A stretch of DNA of 64,000 nucleotides from Azolla caroliniana (lineage: Eukaryota; Plantae; Polypodiophyta). The first letter of the stretch is position 1. Each line of letters opens with the position of its first letter. The notes below the pieces were generated by a model. That model searched no databases and was not told where the DNA came from. It saw nothing but the letters and a program-made list of their open reading frames with translations. Below, piece by piece: positions 23,851-35,553 of the stretch. Location: assembly GCA_043228905.1 (NCBI GenBank), contig JBHGNT010000002.1:3534001-3598000 (forward strand), read 5' to 3'. A program made the position numbers and the translations under genes.

Positions 23851-25022
23851 GTTGTGCGTGTGAGCCCTATTTCATTCCTGTCCATAACCACGACGGTTCT
23901 GCCTCACGATCCACACATAGTGACGGATTTTGACGACACCAGAGTGTCCTTCTTGTACATCGCTTTTCGGAGAGCCGGTGCCGCTATTAGATTTTCCTTT
24001 AGTCTTTGGCCCGCCTTGTGACTAGGGGTTCATTCGCCTTCCTTGAGTTGTGCATGTGAGCCCTATTTCCTTCCCGTCCATAACCCTGACGGTTCCACCT
24101 CACGATCTGCACATAGTGACAGATTTTCATGACACCGGAGTGTCCTTCTTGTACACTGCTTTCAGGAGAGCCGGTGCCGCTATTAGCTTTTCCTTTAGTC
24201 TCTGGACCGCCTCCGTGTGCTTGTTGTTCCATTCAAATTTCTGACCCTTCTTTAGCAACCCGTAGAGCGGCTCAGCTTAGTGTGCGTAGTGTGGGATCCA
24301 AATGTGGTAGAAGGTGCATGCTCCCAAGAATTATCGAACTTTCGTGACCGGCCTCCACTCTTCCTTCATTGCCGAGATGGCCTCTACCTTTGTTGGAGAC
24401 AGTTTCTGGCCGTATGGTCCGCATAGGTGTCCGACCACCAAGATCTCCAATTGAATGAAAGCTAACTTCTCCCCGGAAAAGGTAAGCTGAGCGCCCTCAA
24501 GCCTCTGCAGTATCTTCTCGCAGTTGGAGATGTGGTCCGCGACGAACTTCCAACACCCGTCCGCTCTAATCGATTAGTTCTTAGCATCCTCCGGACATCC
24601 CTTGATCAGGATGTCATCGAAAAGCGGCATGGTGATGTCCGTGATGCAATCCCTCAACACTTTCTTCATTGCGTTCACCATGTGCGCCACCGAATTGGTC
24701 AGTCCTTGCGGTAGGGTACACATCTGAACTAGGCCGAGAGGGATTCTCATCGTTGTGACATCCCTACTCTCCATGGCTAGCTGGAACTGGTCGTACCCAG
24801 AGTATAAGTCGCCGACCGTGTAGATAGACCTTCTGGCGAAGGCCTCCATGAACTCATCGATTGTTGAACCGACTCCAACATTTTGAATGGTCACCTTGTT
24901 GACCGGCTCTAGGTCCTGAATAAAGTGCAATGTGCCGTTCTTCTTCGGCACCGTAAACCACCGGTTTGAATAAGAAGCACTCGATGGCTCGAGGATGCCC
25001 ATCTCCACTTTCTGCTTGACCA

Positions 25023-25324
25023 GCGCATGAACGAGGAGGTGCATTGATGTACCCAAAATGTGTCTTTTGTACAATCATGTGTAAATAAGTTAGTATTAGT
25101 TAAGTGTTGAGGAATACTAGGTAAGAGGGAATCGATGGGTACTTTAAGTCCCACACAAATAGAGGGGAAAAGGGGATTTGATGTGAGGAAATCGGGGAGA
25201 ATCTCTGTCGCTGATTGCGATGTGTAAGGGTCTCCCCTTGTGCTATAAAAGGGGAGGCTTGAGCCTGCTTTTGGGATCCATGTTTTGGGAGGACGAAGTG
25301 CTGTCAGTTTGTGTGCCGAGCTCC

Positions 25325-25367
<43 letters not shown>

Positions 25368-25866
25368 GGTCTTGTGCCCTATACCGATCTGAAGAAGAAG
25401 GTGAAGCCTCTGCTTGCGTAGGAGGCCCGTGAGCTCCCGACGAGAGGTTCATCATTCCATTTTTCTGTGTGTGTGTGCGTGTTTTGGAGAGCGCCCATCT
25501 CTGATAGTGACCGAGTTTGGTTGTAATCTTCCCTGGTTTTAATCTAATTCGTTTTGTTGTATCCGGTTGAGCTCTCCGTGTTGTGTGTGAATGTCCCCAT
25601 TCTGTCTCCGTTTGTTACTAGTGTTTACCCGAGTCCCGAGCCACGTGCTTCTTGCTCGTTATCCAGCGACCGGTCTGAGGGGCAGACTCATCTATGATCC
25701 TGCGCACTCGTCGTCCGTTGTTCGGGGACTGATCTGGACCGAGTACTTGACCGGTAACCGATCCAACAAAATATCTGGGAAACCTTCCTTTCTCACTCCG
25801 GCTCCTTGGTGCGAGACCCCTGTGGTCCTGCCCCGTTTCGACGCATCCCCATGGAATACCGTGACA
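25023..25866 (+). mobile_element. 5'-truncated LTR of a gypsy family, inserted in the host pol
   Basis: Has a TATAAAA box and (CT)n, and ends with the shared U5 motif …GAGACCCCTGTGGTCCTGCCCCGTTTCG…CCGTGACA. Its left end was lost together with host sequence. Confidence 0.7.
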
Positions 25867-26238
25867 ACATCTCGTCGGTGAATAAGTGTCCTATGCCGGC
25901 CAGATTTGCTAAACTCTAGTTTGTCGCGACCCCTCTCATCCGTTCCCAGCTGTCCTCCGTCAAGGGAGTTGTGTATGGCCTCACCTTCCGGTCCACAACC
26001 TTGTACTTGGTGTCTACTCGGGCGGTCCGATCTGACCCGATCATCTTCCCGAAGTCTGCGATGACTTCGTACATCTCGACAGAATTTACCGGAACGACCC
26101 GGTCTTCGTTAAGATCCTCTTTGACTATCTTCTCGATCTCCCCGAGGGTGTCGTCAAATGATACCACCTCCACGATGTCACTAACCTAATTGTCAGAGTC
26201 CAAGGCTCTGCATTCCTTCAGACGCCTTACAACTTGCT

Positions 26239-29200
26239 ATTGGGAAATCGGTCCCTCCGAATGGGATCCGGTTATGAATGAAGTGGACCCGGTGAGAACC
26301 GGAAGAGATTCGGAAACCGGATCGGATGGACCTAGTGAGAACCAGAAGAAGACATATTTGTAAATATGTTTTTTGAGTAAGCCTATTGTGGCTATATTTG
26401 TAAATAATACTAAGGTCATATAAGTATAAATATGACTTAGGGCAATCACTTAGAGTGTGCCTGTCATATTGTTGTTGACATAACTGTTGTATAGAGAGAG
26501 AGGAGATATAGAGTCATACTCTGTTGTAACCGCCGGTTGGTGAGGATATAGAGCTCGAGGTTGTTGCCTCTGAGTCTTTGATTGTATCTTTCCTATATAT
26601 AGTGATAGCTTGGGGTCTATGGGCTCTTGTGGTTTTTTCCCTTTAGGGTTTTCCATGTAAACATCCTGAGTACTCTCTATTATGTGTGTGTGTACGTGCG
26701 TTCACTCTCTATTTCCCATTTCTGTGTTTCATTCTCATTGATTCATTACTCGGTCGTGGTCGAGCTATATTCCGCGCTATTCTCTTCAATCTAGTATCAG
26801 AGCGAACAACACAGGAAATGGAAGAATCGTTCGGCGGCATGTTCAAGCTCACCGGCTCCAACTACTTAGTGTGGAAGTCGAAGATGAGGGATATGTTGGT
26901 GGTTAGAGATCTTTGGTTGCCGGTTCAGTTCGGGGACAAGAGACCAGATAAGATTGACGCCGCAATGTGGGAGATGATGCACATGAAGACGACGGCACAC
27001 ATCCGGTGCTTCATCGACATGAGCCTATACAACAACGTCAATGAAGAGAGCAAGGCTCATGAACTCTAGGAGAAGATTGGCATCATGTTCCAGAACAAGA
27101 ATGTTGTTAATCAGGTTTCGGTATTCCGGAAGCTAGTGAGGCTCCGGTACCAGGACGACTCCAGTACCTCTCGGAGCACATGAATGCCTTCCAGGGGCTA
27201 ATACATCAAGCAAACTCATTTGAAGTACCTCTCGCCGATGAGGTACTCACATTACTCTTGCTCAGTTCTCTCCCGGATAGTTGGGAGACGCTAGTTGTCA
27301 CGTTGGGCAATGACAAGCCAGAAGGAAAATAGTTGTCCCTAGCAAGAGTCAAGTCAAGCCTGCTAGAGGAAGAAGCTCGCCGGAAGGACTGGGAATCCGG
27401 AACTGATCCGAAGGCCTTAGTCACGGAAGAGGCCGGTATCGGAGTCCCCAAAACCGGGACAAATCAGGGACAAGGTCGAAGTCAATGGGGAGGCCTATTT
27501 GCTTCTATTGTGGGAAGCCGGGGCACTTCCAGAAGAACTATCAGCATTTTCGGAAAGAGAAAGAAACCGACACTACCGATTCGAAGAAGAGTTCGGACCG
27601 AAATGGTTCGGACTAGATAGGCCCAGATCGGAAAGGAACGTCGACGATCGTGACAAGTGAAGAGAATTGATGCTCATTACCCAGGAGAATGAGTTAAACC
27701 TTGTCAGCGACGACACAACGTGAGTTGTTGATTTCGGAGCGTCGTTCCACCTGACACCGGACCGGAGATGCTTCTCATCCTACACAACCGGAGATACTGG
27801 TTGTGTCCGGATGGGGAATGAAGGTACGTGCCGAATTGTCAGTATAGGAGATGTCTTGTTGACGACATCAACCAGATACAAGTTGCTGTTGAAGGATGTC
27901 CCACACGTTTCGGAGGTTCGACTGAACTTGATATCAGCCGGTCGGCTAGATGATGAAGGCTACACAGGTAGCATCCGGAACGGAGTTATGAAGTTCAGCA
28001 AAGGGAGCCTAATAGTGGCTCAAGCCTAGAAGGTGAACACATTGTACTTGGTGAATGCCCGGATATGCCGGGAAGAAGTGAACGTAGCATCCAACACTGT
28101 CGATGAGCTGTGCCACAAAAGATTGTATCACATGTGTGAGAAGGGGATGAGAAGACTTGCCGAAGACAACCTCATTCCAGTGAAGGACGTGCAACTTGAG
28201 AATTGCACCGATTGCTTGGTCGGCAAGCAAAACCGAACCTCCTTCTGGTCAAGACCACTGATGAGACAGAATACACCACTAGAGCTGGTGCATACGGATG
28301 TGTGTCAAGTGGACATGAAGTCACATGTCAGTTTGCAGTAGTTCATGACGTTCATAGACGACACATCCGGAAGCTGTGGGTCTCACCGTTGCAGACGAAG
28401 GATCTGGTGCTATCCGTCTTCAAGGAGCTCCACGTGAGAGTGAAAAGAGAAACCGGCCGGAAGCTAAAGGAGGTTCGAGCAGACAACGGAGGAGAATACC
28501 GGGGGCAGTTTGAGGAGTACTGTTGGTCGAAGGGAATTCGGCTCGAATTCACTATGCTGAAGACGCTGGAATTGAACATGCTAGCTGAACGGATGAACCA
28601 GACCATAATGGAGAGAGTCCGAAGCATGCTTGCACATGCTAGGTTACCCAAGACGTTTTGGGATGAGGCGCTGACGACGGTGACCTATGTGATAAACAAA
28701 TCACCCTCAGCACCCTTTGAAGGAGACTCACCTCAGAAAATATGGACTGGTAAAGATGTATCTTACCGGCATCTGAAGGTGTTCGGGTGTCTCGCATATG
28801 TGCATGTTGCAATGGACAAGAGAGAAAAACTGGATCCGAAGTCCCGACCATGCATATTCCTTGGATACAACGATGATGAGTTCGGTTACCGGGTGTGGGA
28901 TCTGGTCGACAAGAAGGTGTTCCGGAATCGGGACATAGTCTTCATGGAAGACAGGACCATAGCCGATTGGGAGTCGGAGAAGAAGGTGATGAACTCCAGA
29001 TCATCCAATGAAAACTGGCTTGAGGACACAAGGACTTACTCGGTTGAAAACCGGATGACACTCGACGAACCGGCCGGATACGAACAAGAACAAACGAAGG
29101 AACCGGTAGTCAGAAACCAAGGACGGAGATATCCTCTCCGAGAGAGAAAAGCCCCCCGGAGATTTTCGGATGCAGAGCATGTGTTGCTAACCAATGAGGG

Positions 29201-30204
29201 GGACCTGGAAAGCTTCGAAGAAGCAAAGAGAGACACCCACATCCACAAGGGGTTGAGTGCCATGCAAGATGAGATGGATTCCCTGCATGAGAACCACATG
29301 TATGAACTGACGGATTTGCCGAAAGGAAAGAGGGCACTCCGGAATAAGTGGGTGTACAAGCTAAAACCAGGAGATGCCGGAAACCCACCGAGATACAAAG
29401 CCTGGATCATGGTGAAGGGGTGGTTCCAGCAGAAGAAAGGAGTGGATTTCGATGAGATCTTTGCCCTAATAGTAAAGATGACATCCATCCGGACAGTATT
29501 GGGGATAGCAGCAAGCATGGACCTTGAGGTAGAGCAACTAAACGTCAAGACGGAATTCCTACATGGCGACCTCGAAGAAGAGATCTACATGCATCAATCG
29601 GAAGGATTTGAGAAGAAAGGGAAGGAGCACCTGGTGTGCCGACTGAAGAAGAGCTTATATGGATTGAAGCAAGCTCCCCGACAATGGTACCGGAAGTTCG
29701 ACTCCTTCATGACCGACCAAGGGTACCACAAGACGCATGCCGATCATTGCATGTTTGTGAAGTAATTTGATGTAGGTGATTTCCTGATACTCCTCCTATA
29801 TGTGGATGATATGCTGATCGTCGGATGCTGAAGAAGGCTCTGAACTGGACCTTGTCAATGAAAGACTTGGGTTCGGCAAGATAGATATTGGGAATGCACA
29901 TCATCCGGGACTGGTCGAAGAAGCTGTTGTGGTTATCATAGGAGAAGTACGTGACAAAGGTGCTCCAATGGTTCAATATGTCAGAGGCAAAACCGGTCAG
30001 ATCGACACTTCCGGAAAACTACAAGCTATTCGAAAAACAAAGCTCGAGGAGAAAGGAGGAGAAGACGGATATGATGAAGATACCATATGCCTTTGCCGTC
30101 GGGAGCTTGATGTACGCAATGGTATGTACCCGGTTGGATATCGGATATGCAGTCGGAGTGGTGAGACGGTTCATGAGCAATCCTGGAAGAGAGCACTGGA
30201 ACAT
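26239..30204 (+). mobile_element. Ty1/copia element (5' LTR ~26239-26788, degenerate iMet PBS, decayed gag-PR-INT-RT), truncated late in RT
   Basis: PBS TAGTATCAGAGC. Motifs LTGSNYLVWKSKM, RADNGGEY, FGCLAYVH, LKKSLYGLKQAPRQW, YVDD, PYAFAVGSLMYAM. Confidence 0.92.
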
Positions 30205-30371
30205 AGTCCTGAAGATCTGTCACTACGTGCGGATCGTGAGACGGAACAGTCGGGGTCCTGGATTGGAAGGATTCGAAGTTTGCACTAGTTTTAGCGAGAA
30301 AGTATTTAAGATAGATTGAAAGAGAGAGAGATTCAGATAAGATAGAACAATTGACTTTAAATTGAGAGAGA
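30205..30371 (-). mobile_element. 3' (U5) end of a gypsy LTR in reverse orientation, cut by the LINE (possibly continuing at ~32374-32420)
   Basis: GTCCTGAAGATCTGTCACTACGTGCGGATCGTGAG is the reverse complement of the LTR end seen at 23900-23938 and 24095-24134. Confidence 0.65.
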
Positions 30372-32373
30372 AAGAAAGAAAGATATATTAACGTCTTCTA
30401 AGGCCAAATTTGGCCCATGAGACAATTGGGTTACAACAAAAATGAGTGTTTATCCAATCATCAAAACTAAAATAAAAGAAAATAGCTTAAGCTAAGAAAG
30501 TTCTAGTAGTGTACAAAACTTTGCACTAAGCCTAATCTCATTTCAACCCAAGTCTCTCAAAAAGAAGTGGGAGGTCAAAAGTTTTTGGTATGGGTGTGAC
30601 CCATGGTCCCAATGCATAGAGTGCCCTAGCCATGGCTTCTAGGCGGTGTAGTTCACGTTCCCTTATTTTCTTTATTGCTTCTACATCTCATCGAGTTGCT
30701 TTGAAACCCGACATCCAAGGGCGTTTGGTTCTTCTTTGATTTTCTGCTTCATCAAGGAAAAGCCTGAGTGGTGCAGGTGTGTCGACATTCATTGTCTCCC
30801 CCTGTTCCTGAAAAACTTCATTTGTTACATGTTGGTAAACATTAGCAACATTATTATCAACGTTTTGTAACTTATTCTCTCTGTGTTGTTTCAATTCTAA
30901 GATGTATCTACCTAATTTCTTTATATCTAGTGTATCTAATAGTTTAGGGAGGGTGGGAGAGGAACCAAGTATGTCTTGGTATTTTGCCCTTATCTCGGCA
31001 TAGGTGGGGCATTTGCATGTAAAATGGTACTCATCCTCTATCTCTATGTGGCATAACCTACATATCCTTTCCTCCCTAGGGACTCCATTAGTACGTCCAT
31101 TCTCAATCTCAAGTTGGTGAGATGATATTCTAAGTTGACCAATGGCAACCCTTAGTGCATGTGGTAAGAATACATCTATATATCTTGGTCGCGTGATAAA
31201 ACCGAACTTAGAGAAGTGCATAAAGTGTTCCTTATAGTACAACATTTTAGATGGGAGTGGCTCTAGTGGGGTGATCCATTTATACCGAGTATAAATTTGC
31301 CATATTTCTTGGCGTATTACTTTATTACGATCCTCATGAGAGATTAAAGTGTTATAAGTCGTGTGGTCGTACTTAAGGGGGGGGAGGTTAGTAATGTCTA
31401 GACCATTGGCAAGAAGCCAACTCACCATCATGCCATACCATGAGCTAGTATAGCTGGACTCATATAGTGCTCGAGAAGCCTTAAAGGCTTGATGGGATAT
31501 TCTATCAAGTGGTTGGTTATGTATCCTGTGGATAAAGACTACAAGTTGAAAAAGTGCTTCTACTAACATAGGGGGTAGAGTGAACTCAGCCCTAATAATG
31601 TCATGTGGGACCGACGATTTGCTTCGGAGTTGGTGTGATAACATCATCACCAATGGTCTCTCTAGTTGCGTCCACATGAAAGATGGTAGTCCTGGAGCCC
31701 AAACCGCTGATGCATACATGAGAGAGGGAGTCACTAATGAGTCAAAGAGCCACCCTTTAGTTCGTGGCTCTTGGAAGTATGCTTGGTGGCATTGTCTCTC
31801 AAGGAGTGAGAGGGATGCATGTCCTCTTGTAAGTCTATCCTTTGCTTCTTGTGTCATCGAAAATTTACCTGAGCGGGCACTGAAAGTGACTCCGAGATAG
31901 ACATATGATCCAACCACCTCAACTGGGCTATGGGAGATAGTTAGGTGACACTTAGCTCTAACTTGGGCTGACGTGTGGAAGATAAGGACTTTAGTTTTCC
32001 TCGTTGTGTGCAAAAGTCATCTAAGGCATTAAGGTGCCTTTGTAGGTTGTGTTCGGATTCAGAGAGCAAAACTATGTCATCTACATAGAGCAAGATACGC
32101 ACCTGCGTATCCCCAAGGACTACTCCATTGCCTCCCTTACGAGCAATAAAATCTGTGAACTTATCAATGTAGTTCCCAAAAAGAGTCGGAGATAAGGGGC
32201 AACCTTGTTTTACACCAATAGTGCTAGTGAAACTATCGGATATGCCACCTGGGCATCGAACATACCCGGACACTTGTTCATATAGTGCGTAGATGGCCCA
32301 AACCATGTCATCTGGTATCCTCAAGCTCTTAAGCCTATCAAACAACCGCTCTCTAGGGACCGTGTCAAAGGCG
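30372..32373 (-). mobile_element. 5'-truncated non-LTR retrotransposon, RTEX-like (RT plus C-terminal CCHC finger)
   Basis: Motifs AFDTVPR, GVKQGCPLSPTLF, LLYVDD, YLGV and LRISSHQLEIENGR…RICRLC…EDEYHF…C. The 3' end is (CTTT)n rather than poly(A). GAGAGAG flanks both sides. Confidence 0.8.
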
Positions 32374-35300
32374 GAGAGAGAGATTACGATTGAACCCTTG
32401 ATTTTAGATTTGAGGAACAAGATATATCATCAATTTGATAACGATTTTTCTTCTTATTAAATTCTTGATTAATACATAACTCCCTTTTGATCTTCTTATG
32501 ATGCATGTGAAGGTACAAGACATGCATACAATGCATACAATGCATGGAATGCATGTGATGCATGATAACCATGTCACTCAATCAAGCTCTAATATGAGAA
32601 TTTACATGTATAAGTACAATGATAGAAAAAACATTTCTAGAGAAATGACTTTGCTCTTAGTAGGAGGTTTACTGCCTCCTATCTTGGAGGTGCAAGGTTC
32701 AAGCCTTGCTTGCATCCCTTTGTATACAAATTTTTACTAGGTTTTTTAGTCTACATGTTTATTCATTTCACACCGAAATCGTCGCGATCAACTTATCCGA
32801 TCGATCCATCTATCCGGTCTGCATCCAACCTGGTGATACGGTCTATCCGGTATGGTGATCCGATCTAGTCCGGTTTAGGTGCAGGTGCCGGTGTCAATTC
32901 TGTCGTCGTCTGCCGGTTCGGTTCCGGGTCCGTCGCTGTCCATCTAGTTCCGGATCCCCAAAACCTGACGACGACACCCTGAGAGAGATAGGGAAGGTGG
33001 TAGAAGAAGGCCTCCGTGAAGACTGGGTGATTCTAGATAGCTCAGTAGGAATGTACGAAGTCATTACCGACTTCGGGAAAGAGGTCGAGTTGGATCAGAC
33101 GGCCTGCGTGGGTATGAAGTACAAGACTGTGGACTGGAAGGTGAGGCCAGTCTTGGCACCGTTACCGGAGGGTAGTGAAGTACGGATGAAAGGGGTCGTG
33201 TCGGACCCAAGCTTACGAAATCCGGCCGGTATAGGGCACCGGTTCACCGACAAAACGCTACGGGAGCTCAAGGTTGGTGGGGGTGGTTTTCTACTGCCGG
33301 CGGAGGAGGATCGGTTTCGGAGGATGCTTGGGAGGCACGAGAAGGCCTTTGCATTCTCACCAGAGGAGATTAGGTGCGTGGACCCGACGATTGGAGAACG
33401 TATGGTTATCTTCATGGTACTGCATGTGTCGTGGAATCTCAAACTGATTTCGGTACCCAGAGCTCACATCTCGAAGTTGATGGAGCTACTAGAGCAAAAG
33501 GTGGAGATGGGCATCCTTGAGCCGTCGAATGCCCCATATTTGGGTCGGTGGTTTACCGTGCCGAAGAAGAACGGCACGCTGCGCTTCATTCAGGACTTGC
33601 AGCCGGTCAACAGGGTGACCATTCGGAACGCAGGTATCGGACCAACCATCGAAGAGTTCGCGGAAGCCTTCGCCGGAAGGTCGATCTATTCGGTCGGTGA
33701 TCTGTACTCGGGGTATGAACAATTCCAACTAGCCATGGAGAGTAGAGACATTACGACAATGCAGACTCCTCTCGGCCTAGTGCGGATGTGTACCCTGCCG
33801 CACGGAGGGACCAACTCGGTAGCGTACATGGTGAATGCAATGAACAAGGTGTTGAGGGACTGCATCCCGGACGTCACCATGCTGTTTCTGGATGACATGC
33901 CGATTAAAGGTTGTTCGGTGGAAGATACAGATGAATCGGTTGGGCTAGATGAATGTTGGAGGTTCATTGCGGACCAAATCGGCGACTGCGAGAAGTTGCT
34001 ATAGAAACTTGATAGCGCGCGGCTCACCTTCTCCGGAGAGAAATCGGCTTTCAGGCAGTTGGAGATCCTAGTGGTTGGACACTTGTGCGGGCCTTACTGT
34101 CGGAAACCGTCTCCGGCAAAAGTAGAAGCTATCTCCGTAATGAAGAAAGAATGCAAGTCGGTTACGGAGGTGCGGAGGTTCTTGGGCGCATGCACGTTCT
34201 ACCACATTTGGATCCTGCACTACGCACACATCGCGGAGCCACTGTACGGGTTACTAAAGAAGGGGCGTAAGTTTGAGTGGGGAAGAGAGCATGTAGAGTC
34301 GGTCTGGAGGTTGAAGAAGGTGCTTACCGCGGTGCTGGCACTCCGGAAAACGATTTACGGCAAGGAGGTCCCAATATACGTGACCGTAGACACAAGCCCG
34401 ACCGGGATCGGATGGGTGATCAACCAGGAGGACGAGAGCGGCGCGAGGTTCCCCATCCGGTTCGGAGAGAAGGTACTTAGCAAGCGACAACGAGGATACG
34501 CCCAGGTTAAACGCAAACTCTGGGGTATCGTTTCGACAGTCAAGGCCAATAAAGACTACTTGATCGGGACGGAGGTGATAATCAAGACGGACTGCCTACC
34601 GATCCTCGGTATGGTTTCCGGATGCGCGACGCCGAACCTGGTGATGCTCAGGTGGATCGCGTACATTAAGTCCTTGAATCCGTAGATACGGCACATCTCC
34701 GGGAAAGACATTGCCATGGCCGACATGCTTTCGAGAGCACGGTTCAACGACGAGGACGACATGGTATCAGAGGACGAGGAAGTCGGCGTAGACTTCTTCG
34801 AGTCGGCTTACATGATGACAAGGGCAAGGATCACTCCGGTGCTTAACGGGTTCGACAAAGTTGGGTACAACAGGGAGTGGCTCAGATCGGTAGGTTCTTG
34901 AAGACAATGACACCGGACGCAACGTGGATGAGAGACGAAGTGAACTGAATCCGAAAGAAGGCGTACCGGTTCTTCCTGCGGGACGAGAACATATGGAAGC
35001 ACCCGAAAAAGCGAGGTGGCGTTCCGCTCCGTGTGGTGGTAGGAAAGGAAGAGCAAAAGGCATTGTTGACGACGTACCACGAGAGTCCTTGGGCCGGACA
35101 TCGCGGTATGTGGGCCACATTCGAGAAGCTGAAGGAGAAGTACTGGTGGCTGGGGCTATACCGGGACGTGCATAAGTTCGTGATGACATGTGAGAGTTGC
35201 CAGATGCACTCCGCAATCCGACATCGAGACGAGCCACACCCGACCTACCCACCGACTGTCCATTTCAAATGGATGGTAGACTTAGTGATGATGCCGATGG

Positions 35301-35553
35301 GGGTAGGGCAGATGCAGTACCTGGTGCTTGCACGGGAGGACCTGACGAATCAAGTGGAGGGTTGTGCGCTGTAGAACAAGACAACTACGGATGTGTGTCG
35401 GTTCCTAATTGAGGAGGTGGTATGCCGGTACGGGTGCGTGGGGAACATCGTGGCCGACCGGGGAGAGCTGGATGCGTAGGAGGCGGAAGGGTTGTTCGGC
35501 CGGTTGGGGGTCAAGCTTTCCCTCACTACAGCATACAATCCGAAGGCAAACAG

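Larger units (their letters stand above)
17247..23938 (+). mobile_element. Ty3/gypsy element with both LTRs (17247-18317; 22173-23938), tRNA-Trp PBS, gag-PR; RT-RH and part of the integrase are deleted
   Basis: The first ~700 bp of the two LTRs are near-identical. PBS TGGTGAACCCGACGTGA at 18326-18342. Zn knuckle CVWCDSVDHARKDC and protease LIDHGSEIN. PPT TTTGGTGGGGGTGGA at 22158-22172. 4-bp TSD CCAG. Confidence 0.92.
15939..26238 (-). mobile_element. Host Ty3/gypsy pol (tRNA-Trp-group type) split into 15939-17246, 23939-25022 and 25867-26238 by nested insertions
   Basis: RT motifs DLYSGYDQFQL and PLFDDILIKG, RH motif TVDKSPIEIGW, INT motif TAYNPEANGKIERG. The reading frame rejoins across the 17247-23938 insertion. 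Confidence 0.88.

Noticed and set aside
32772-32976. CCGG-rich block ending GACGACGACA as an LTR end
   Set aside because: It resembles the Athila-like LTR in style, but the end overlaps native pol codons (DDT) and there is no partner or TSD, so it was not called.
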